This document shows positions 55,091 through 64,000 of a stretch of 64,000 nt of DNA, piece after piece. Where the stretch lies: the NCBI GenBank assembly GCA_951406725.2, contig OX597831.1:65968001-66032000 (forward strand), in the 5' to 3' direction. Numbering within the stretch: position 1 is the stretch's first letter; each line of letters begins with the position of its first letter. The notes beneath the pieces are model-generated. The model was not told the DNA's origin and did not search any database. It saw only the letters and a list, made by a program, of their open reading frames with translations. The DNA comes from Octopus vulgaris. Lineage: Eukaryota. The position numbers and the translations under genes were made by a program.

Positions 55091-55633
55091 CATTTAAATT
55101 CCACCTGATTTTCTTCCATCTACTACTTTAAACTACCATCAAATTTCACTTCTTCTCCAATGTTAAACATTGCATCCTTTGCCTCTCTTTTGATAGAATA
55201 ATATTTTTTTCTGGGTTTCTCTCTCTCTCTCTTTTATGCAATACTTATCCATTCATGCTTTTATATTACTATGTGACATTTCACTCTAACCTTTCTTTAA
55301 CTATTTCATTCATAATCTTTGCCTTTTGCTTCCTTTTGTAATGAATAAACTTATATCCTTTGCTTGTCTGTTCAACAGGACATTCTCTCATGATTCTGTT
55401 AATGATTCTATCCAATACCTTTAAATCTGCTTTGTCGTTCAGTTGCAGCACTTTATGACCTTCTCTTGGGTTTTGTCAAATTGTTTTCTCCTTAACCATA
55501 ATTTCCATTCAGATTCCAAATTCCTTTGAAGCCCTTGTAATTATTTTTACTTTGTTGACACTCAAAACATTTTATACACTTCTCAGTTCTCTCAACAGTT
55601 GACTTGACAAATCAAGAATTGTTATAAATTTGC

Positions 55634-55985
55634 TACTCTTACTCTCTTTTACTCTTTTACTTGTTTCAGTCATTTGACTGCGGCCATGCTGGAGCACTGC
55701 CTTTAATCGAGCAACTCAACCACAGGACTTATTCTTTTGTAAGCCCAGTACTTATTCTATCGGTCGCTTTCGCCAAACCGCTAAGTAACGGGGACATAAA
55801 CACACCAGCATCGGTTGTCAAGCAATGCTAGGGGGACAAACACAGATACACATGCATATATATATATATATATATATACATATATACGGCGGGCTTCTTT
55901 CAGTTTCCATCTACTAAATCCACTCATAAGGCTTTGGTCGGCCCGAGGCTATAGTAGAAGACACTTGCCCAAGGTGCCATGCAGT
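55634..55985 (-). mobile_element. SINE family A, 5'-truncated
   Basis: Multicopy consensus. Confidence 0.9.
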
Positions 55986-56630
55986 ATAATTCTTTCTTTC
56001 TCCTTTTTCATCCTTCCTTCCTTCCTACCTTTCTCCTCATTAATATAATAATTATTAGTATTACACTAGTTTTAATATTTCATTAAGTACCTTCACAGCA
56101 CAAATGAATCTAACTCTGTGTGCCATGGGAATGTGCATTGTTATTTTCTTCTTTCTGATTTCATTAAAGTAGAATGTATAATGTATGTGCATTGCCTACA
56201 AGTATCATTTTCTGGAAGCCATATATATTTATAAGGACTGGAATTTTGGTTATGTGTTTGTATTTTTTTTTATGATTTCTAAGGCACCTGGTTACTATGA
56301 AGATTATGCCTTTAGACTTCACATTATGATTATCTCTATTTACAGATTTTCACATTCTATTAGGTTCCCCATTTCTTTTAAAAATACATTACACTGAACT
56401 GCAAAAGAAATGTGATTTTTTTCAAATGTCATTTTTATATGGTAAATTATGAAAATTCATTTCGGGGATGTAAGTGTCAATATTCCAAGGCATGCTGGTT
56501 TATGGCTGAGACCCAAATTGCAGGTAACCTTTCAACTTACCTGAAACGAGACACCAAAACACAGCTGCATTGAATGCTGTGGGTGGCAGTCGTAAACAAT
56601 TATCATGAAAATTGAAATGCATGTGCATCT

Positions 56631-57633
56631 TGTGGAGGTTGTAGCATGCACTCGAGTGAAACTCCTCTCTCCTCTTTATTATATATATATGTGTGCATTC
56701 GAGCGTAGTAGGTAACAGCTAGCCTTTGGCTGCTACGTGACCCCTGTTGTGTCCACTACTCTGATTGGTTGGTATTGGTGCAATTTGTCTCTTACTCTGT
56801 CGCGCCAATTTGCAGCATATAACCAATCAGAGCCACTAAATAAAACCACATGAGACAGCCTGTTCTCAACCCAGTTTTAAGTCTACAACTCCTTATAAAA
56901 ACCCAACTTCTCCTCGTCTTGAGGTCTTTGGTTTCAGACCTTTTAAGGTCTAGCCACTGACCACACAAAACACAGCCAGTTCCAGCGACAATACAGCGGC
57001 ACCCATGTTGAGACTTACCAACTTTGGCCAACAGCATAATAGCAATCTCTGTCTTCATTGCCACCATCATATTCTTAACGTTATCAACATCATTTCTGTA
57101 CATACTCAACTCAACAAGAAACTCACCCAGGTTCCAATACTTCATTGTCCATGAATCAACACCATGGATCAATAGCGAATATACAACCTGCGAGAACTCC
57201 TGTACCAAGTGACACAGGCAACAGCATTACAGCCACATCTTCATGTACAACATATACCGCAACTGGCTCAGCATCATGGCCACAACTTCTTGATACAGTA
57301 TTTCAATTACCATGTACAATTGACTAGAAACTGGTATTTCTCATTCTTGTGTCTATGAACATTCATCTAACTTCTCATTATAGATTCTTTCACTGTTTCC
57401 ATCTTCATTGCTATTTTTATTTGTGCTTAACACTTATGCATACATCCATGCCTATACACACATACATTTTGTTCTTATGATGGCCTGTCTATAATTCTGT
57501 GTACATGACACATACACAGACACACATGTTAACATATCAATAAATCTTCTCTGAAACATTCTACTCGGTTGTGTCTCTCTTTATCCCTCTGACACATATA
57601 TGTATTATTCCTTTTATATTTATTTCCTCGACA
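56631..57633 (+). mobile_element. probable solo LTR
   Basis: TGTGGAGG...CCTCGACA termini (TG..CA short inverted repeat), CCAAT and TATAAAA near 56820-56900, AATAAA at 57539; TSD not evident. Confidence 0.6.
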
Positions 57634-57752
57634 GTGTGATGTACTAAAGACTCATTCTTGTTACCTCACATTGTGCGGCCTTTACAAAGATTATGGGTAT
57701 AAAAATCAACTTGAATTACATTTCTGGCATTCGTAATTTGAACGCATTAGGT

Positions 57753-58780
57753 ATGACCCAATTGTCAGCAGCACAGAGAGGACAAGCTATTGGCCGATTG
57801 CAAGCAGGGCATCATGCCCTGATTGTTGCAGAAGCTTACAGTGTCCATTTCAGCACCATCTATCACCTGCAACAGCGATACAACAATACCAACAGCATTG
57901 CAGGCCATGCCCACAGATCCCCTGGGTGACCACACTCATGCAGGACCACTTCACCCACCAGCAACATCTCCATGATTGCTTCAGACTGGCCAGCATGAAA
58001 GCTCATGAGACCATTGACACTGGACAGTGACCCATCAGCGATGAGATGCTATGACGTCGACTGGCCGCCAACAACCTGCAATTGCCATCATCCTGCTCGA
58101 GGACCTGTCCTCACCACCTGCCACCATCAGGCATGACTTCTGTGGGCTACACAGCACTGACATTGGTCGATAGTCTTCTCTGATGAGAGCTGGTACTGCA
58201 TTTCCACTTCGGATGGCAGAGTGAGGGTGTGGCGTAGGAGGAGATGAACACCACAGAAGTGCATGTGAACACTACAGAGGTGCAGAGATGTGTCGGGTGG
58301 CCAAAGCATCATGGTTTGGGGTGCTATAGGCCTGATTCAGAGAATTGGGCCCCATGTGTTCCAAAATGTTGGTGCAAGCAAAGGAAATGACATCACAGCG
58401 CAGCACTACATTGAACAGATCCTAAGAACTCACATTGTGCCTTTCTTCACGAGTCACCATAGCCATGTGTTCCAGCAGGACAATTTTCCCTCACACACAG
58501 CAAGGGTCACCATGGACTTCCTGTGTAAGCACAACATCAGAACTATGCTGTGGCTGGCTCTCAGCCTGGATTTGAACCCAATTGAATACCTGTAGGATGA
58601 AATCCAGAGATGGCTGAACCAGGTGGTTCCAAAGCTGACAACTTGTGTGGAACTGGAGGCAGCTTTCCTCGGGTGTGGGCACAGGTGCCACTGGCTTTTG
58701 TGAACTGCCTCATACATTCCATGTACCGACAGTGTATGGCTGTTCTGAGCACCCAGGGAGGGCATACACAGTACTGAACA
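57753..58780 (+). pseudogene. Tc1 transposase pseudogene
   Basis: MTQLSAAQRGQAIGRLQAG (HTH), VFSDES, RVWRR, GGQSIMVWGAIG, FQQDN.PSHTAR, SLDLNPIEYL*. Confidence 0.92.
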
Positions 58781-59404
58781 TGTCATGCCATACAATCTCA
58801 ATGTGCTGGATCCACCCACTACCAGAACACATGACAACAACCCATAGACTGTGGTCAAAATGCATCCAAGAAATTGACTTCATCAGATTTATGAAAATTT
58901 ATCTCTGACATAATGAAATTAAAACATATTTCACAGTCACACGTCTTGTGTTTCTTTTGCGGTTCAGTGTATTTTATGTTGGAACTAATCTGCCGAAGGA
59001 AATTTGTTTACATTTTGAAACTATTTCTATTAGCTTCCTTTTTTTCTCTACTAGATATTTTCATGGTTCTACAGTAGATAAATTCTCATAATTTTCTAGT
59101 TGGAGAAGTACCCACTTGTATGTGTTCTTTGTAAGAATATTTTATCACATTTCTTTTCTGGTTCTGTCTCTGTATAAGTGAATCCATATTGTTTTGGATA
59201 TTGTAGTATGACCTTCCTGTATACTCTGGCATACTTCACCACAAGCCCATCTTTTTCATCTTGTTAGAAAAGCCTGGGGGCTTGTGTTTTATTGTTTTAA
59301 CTTTTATTGTTAGTCTTTTATTACATTCTTCCTACCTTATCTACTGAACTTTTCTATAACAATCTTGTTTGCAGCCAATTTTGGATTCACCCTAGCTGCG
59401 AAAA

Positions 59405-60040
59405 GTATGTGGCTCATTGGTTAGGGTATTTGGCTCATGATCGTAATGTCATGAGTTCAATACCCAATGGCATGTTGTGCCCTCGAGCAAGATACTTTAT
59501 ATCACATTGCTCCAGTCCACTCAGCTGGGGCAAAAATAAGTTTACCTGCAATTCAAAGGGCAGGCCTTGTTGTTGTTGTTTATTCCTTCTTGAGCCATGC
59601 CTGGCTCATAAGGGCCAGTTTCCCAGTTTCTTGGCGTATAGGTTCCCCACCTGGACGGGACGCCGGTCCATTGCAGGTGAGCTGCAAGATGCAGGAGGAA
59701 AGAGCGAGAGAAAGTTGTGGCAAAAGAGTCAGCAGAAGTTGGCCATTACCTTCTGTCGGAGCCGCGTGGAGCTTAGGTGTTTCACTCATAAACACACACA
59801 TTGCCCAATCTGAGATTCGAACCCACAATCCCTCAACCGCGAGTCCGCTGCTCTAATCACTAGGCCATGTGCCTCCATGCAGGCCTTGTCACATTCTGTG
59901 TCACACTGGATCTCCCAGAAAACTAAGTTAAGAGGGTGCATGTCTGTAGAGTACTCAGCCACTTACACGTTAATTTCACAAGTGGGTCGTGCTGTTGATC
60001 AGATCAACTGGAACACTCATTGCTGTAACTGGTATAACGC
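59405..60040 (+). mobile_element. old SINE (family-E-like head, tail as in the 10152 element) interrupted by SINE B
   Basis: Halves at 59405-59570 and 59880-60040. Confidence 0.7.
59571..59878 (-). mobile_element. SINE family B
   Basis: TSD GCAGGCCTTGT at 59560-59570 and 59879-59889. Confidence 0.9.
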
Positions 60041-60240
60041 CAGTTTCACTCCAGCCACATAAACGTGGTTTGTATTAAATTATCCACTGCCATCCCCAGC
60101 AATGTTTTCTATCTCACAAAACAATTCATTAGCACCCTGTAGAAGCCAGCTTCTGCAGAAGCATCTTCTAAACTTATTTCTCCCACTTGAAGTTCTTTTT
60201 TTGGACTCCAGTAATTCTAGCTGAAATATATTAATTACTA

Positions 60241-60408
60241 ACCCACAACACTCACGGAGTGGTTGGCATTAGGAAGGGCATCCAGCTGTAGAAACACTGC
60301 CAGGTCAGACTGGGGCCTGGTGCAGCCTTCCGGCTTCCCAGATCCCGGTCGAACCGTCCAACCCATGCTAGCATGAAAAATGGACGTTAAACAACGATGA
60401 TGATGATG
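60241..60408 (+). mobile_element. RTE 3' end (family C)
   Basis: Family C terminus. Confidence 0.85.
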
Positions 60409-60886
60409 AAAGGAGGCGTATTATTCATTTGAGATAGACTTCATGTAATTTTCTTTGTCTTCCTTTGTAGTGAAATTTAGTTTATCACCTGGTTTTCAGA
60501 AGTTGAATATTGCCAATGGTTGTTAGTTAATTAATATACCAACTCACTGTTGACCTTTAAATCATATACTTCATGGACAACGGTTTATCTGTTCGGCTCT
60601 TTTAAGAATACAAATTTCTCAGAAGCATAAACAATTAAACAATATCTGAGACTAAGTTATTACTTATAGTTTTCAAGAGAAATTGTGATGAAAATTACCA
60701 CCTTATAACTTTTTAATTCTAATGTTAAAACCCCTTGTTTGACTTTCTAAAACACAGAGACACGTTAATAAATTATCATGTGCTCAGAGAACAGCAAGAA
60801 ACAAAACGATGACATACATACGCATTCTAAAAATATTCCAGCAGATTTATGCATGAATATGCTAAGCAGTGTTGTATTTCACCATT

Positions 60887-61166
60887 GGAGAACAACTTCT
60901 CCTTTCAGATAAAGTGTATCTACAATACACTCAACTGATTGACATGAGGGAACTTTGAGACAGACACCAGTGTTTTGACCTTGTCTTTTCAGTGACTCTA
61001 AACAAGAATGATGGTCTTAGTTTATTGAATGAATATGCTAATCATGTTGACTGGAGGTAGCTTTGACTGAAGAGACACACGCAAGTTGAAACACTAGTGT
61101 CTCAACGTCCTTCTATTTCAATGAATTGTGTTGTAAACACACATTGTCTGAAAAGAGATGTTCTCT
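60887..61166. mobile_element. quasi-palindromic element with two divergent hammerhead motifs
   Basis: GGAGAACA...TTCAGATAAAGTGT / ACACATTGTCTGAA...TGTTCTCT arms; motifs at 60954-60995 (-) and 61063-61105 (+). Confidence 0.65.
61063..61105 (+). ncRNA. canonical-core minimal hammerhead ribozyme
   Basis: TTGA CTGAAGA GAC acacgcaa GTT GAAA CACTAGTG TC TCAA; palindromic stem III, GUC site at 61101. Confidence 0.75.
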
Positions 61167-61790
61167 GAAGTCAAAATACAACAGTGATTATCATAGACAC
61201 ATTGTTAATTTTCATATTTTCTTATTTAGTTTGTTTTCCTTCTTATAGATTGAAAGATCAATTTTATAAAAATTAACAAAATATAAACAAATTTAGAAAA
61301 TGAGACAAAGTAAATATCATTAAGATTTTAGTGACAATTATATTTTGTTATATAACAATACACATAATGTTGGTCTTTAAAAAAAAACTATAGAGACAGA
61401 ATTAAGATTGAAACATAACATATCAACTTGAAAATTTAAACTGATAGTTATTTTGTAATTGGTTTTACAAATATTCAAATACAACTATTGGAAAAAGATA
61501 AAGAAAAAAGCACTGTCCAAAAGGGTGCATTACAAATTAGTTAACATTTATAGATTTTCAAATTAATGACTTTCCTTCAAAATCTTCAACATAAGCAAAT
61601 ATTAAAAAAAATATCTAAAAACTAATATTTCAATGTAGACTTTTTGTTTGCAAGAGACTGAAGGCTTCTAGTAGTGATTTGTCTAAAGAATCTGTTGAAA
61701 TTAGATTGAAATTGAGTTCTTATTAATTACAATGATGAGAAAAATCAAAGAAGTGATAATTAATTATCATTATAGATTGTAAGAAATGTT

Positions 61791-62178
61791 TACTCTTTTA
61801 CTAGTTTCAGTCATTTGACTGCGGCCATGCTGAAGCACCGCCTTTAATCGAGCACCTCGAACCTGGGACTTATTCTTTTGTAAGCCCAGTACTTATTCTA
61901 TCGGTCTCTTTTGCCGAACCGCTAAGTAACGGGGACATAAACACACCAGCATCGGTTGTCAAGCGATGTTGGTGCACAAACACAGACACACAAACACACA
62001 CGCACATATATATATATATATACATATATACGATGAGCTTCTTTCAGTTTCTGTCTACCAAATCCACTCACAAGGCTTTGGTCGGCCCGAGGCTATAGTA
62101 GAAGACACTTGCCCAAGGTGCCACACAGTGGGACTGAACCCAGAACCATGTGGTTGGTAAACAAGCTACTTACCACAC
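61791..62178 (-). mobile_element. SINE family A
   Basis: Multicopy consensus. Confidence 0.9.
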
Positions 62179-62850
62179 TTTTGAAATATTTAATTTTTTA
62201 CCATTTTACAGAAATGTTAGTACCACACAAATAAGCACCTCAAAGAACCTGATCAAAACCTCTATTTATATTTCAATCCTCATATGTGGTTATATTTTGG
62301 TTTAAAAACTTATATAACAAATGAATTGGCCTCAAGAAGTGAATTCTTGTTAAAATAAAAATTTGTTGAGTGATTTATTTATCATGTACTTTTTCATCCA
62401 ATCTTCAACCTTTAAGGAAGCAGAATTTAGCAAGATACTTCTATTATGAAATTCTTTAGAGACTTTAAAAATTAAGATTACTTGCAGAAACATTCCATAA
62501 TATAACTATTGTCATTCATTGCCTTTTTAGCGCCAGATCATGTTTCATTCAATACACTCATCAACAGCCAGTGACAAATAACTTTAATGTGTGTGTGTGT
62601 GTGTACCTGTGTGCGTGCATGTGTGCATGCACGTGCACGTATTTAATGTTGTAATTTACATTTTATACCTTCAAAAGCTATATGTATTTGATCAGTGTTG
62701 TGACATTCCACTTCTCATAGGTACTGAACGAGGTTCTGTGATTGAGTAGACATTTCTTGAGTGTGTCTTCCATCATTGCATTTCATATTAGATTCTTTAT
62801 TTGGCTCTGTGAACCTGACTTCTAGTTCATACACCATAACATCAGGGTTA

Positions 62851-63392
62851 TACATGAGGAATATTTTACGGCAGCGAGTCATGGCCAATGAGAGTGGAAG
62901 ATATTAAGCGACTAGAATCCTTCGATCACCTCTGTCTACACCACATCCTTCATGTCCGATGGCATCACTTTGTCTCCAACAATTCGGTGTGACACCAGTG
63001 CAGAATCACCTCTCTCCAACAAGTCATCCTAACAAGACGTCTGCATTGGCTGGGTCATGCCCTCCGTCGTCAACCAGGAGAATTCAGCTACGAAGCAATT
63101 GCCCCAGCTCCCCTTCAGAGTTGGTGAAAGCGACGTGGTGGACAATGAAAAACCTGGCTGATGACAGTCAAGGCTGATCTGGAACCCAACCTAGGCCCCC
63201 ATATCTACGGCGTTCGCCGCTGGAATAAGGAGTGGTTGGAGATCACGTAGTCGTTAGCCTCAAATCGCCAGGCCTGGTCGGCGTTTATGAGAGATGTAGC
63301 ATTGAGGATGAATGAAGCCAGCTCAACCCACCCCGGGTGAATGCAGTAAGAAGAAGAAGAAGAAGAAGAAGAAGGAGAAGAAGAAGAAGAAG
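62851..63392 (+). mobile_element. RTE LINE 3' fragment (third RTE family), (GAA)n tail
   Basis: YGSESWPMRVEDIKRLESFDHLCL...RRLHWLGHALRR...KRRGGQ*KTW...YGVRRWNKEW...NRQAW; 13-bp TSD AACATCAGGGTTA at 62838-62850 and 63393-63405. Confidence 0.92.
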
Positions 63393-63849
63393 AACATCAG
63401 GGTTACAGTGATTATTGAGTGGACATATGCTATTATCTCTACAGGTGCAACCTTAGATGGTCTTGTGTGAAAAGAGCTGCTTCATGTTGTTTATGTAATT
63501 GAAGGAAACCTAAAACGTGTACCTAAGAGTGGAGTAAAATGTTTGCAAACAAGTCACATGGAAGCTTTACCTATGCTGGACTTAAGCTTGAAATAGAAAG
63601 AGGTTGTAAATCAGATGACTTTACAATACTTTTGCCTTTGGAGGCTACGTGTGTAAGTAATCATCTTTTTGAAACTGTTTGAAGCTAGGATGTTGTTGTG
63701 ATAGAGACTCCTCTATCAAATATCTCCTTGCTAGAGGACAGATGTGATATCTACTTACTCTTTTAGCTGTGTTAAAGAAGTAGAAGTATCTCAGATCTGT
63801 CTGCTTTTGCAGAGACCATTCCAGATGTGAGGAGGTACATCTGATGGCT

Positions 63850-64000
63850 GTGGAGGCACATGGCCTAGTGGCTAGAGCAGCGGACTCACGGTTGAGGGAT
63901 CATGGGTTCGAATCTCAGACCGGGTGATGTGCGTGTTTATGAGTGAAACACCTAAGCTCCACGTGGCTCCGGCAGAAGGTAATGGCGAAACTTCTGCTGT
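63850..64000 (+). mobile_element. SINE family B (runs off the window)
   Basis: tRNA head matching the copy at 43579. Confidence 0.88.

Larger units (their letters stand above)
56392..58969 (+). mobile_element. Tc1-like (DD34E-type) transposon with nested insertion
   Basis: TA|CACTGAACTGCAAAAGAAA ... TTTCTTTTGCGGTTCAGTG|TA. Confidence 0.92.

Overview
AT-rich, repeat-saturated eukaryotic intronic/intergenic DNA. The SINE families, RTE 3' ends and microsatellites point to a cephalopod (Octopus-like); this is inference. No intact multi-codon host gene is recognisable: nearly all listed ORFs are microsatellite or SINE read-throughs, and there are only a few weak minus-strand exon candidates. The window holds about 30 tRNA-derived SINEs in 4-5 families, many RTE/CR1 LINE fragments, a full-length decayed mariner, and a Tc1 element carrying a probable solo LTR. 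It also holds piggyBac-type and GG-ended 8-bp-TSD MITEs, Helitron-like ends and an isolated LINE ORF1. The strongest unexplained signal is about 12 minimal type-I hammerhead-ribozyme motifs of largely unrelated sequence. They sit in small non-coding elements mostly inserted in or beside (TA)n tracts, including tandem and inverted units with a 363-bp period. Their cores show three states of the 3:8 base pair (C-G, U-A, G-C). This fits a diverse population of Penelope-dependent retrozyme-like elements.
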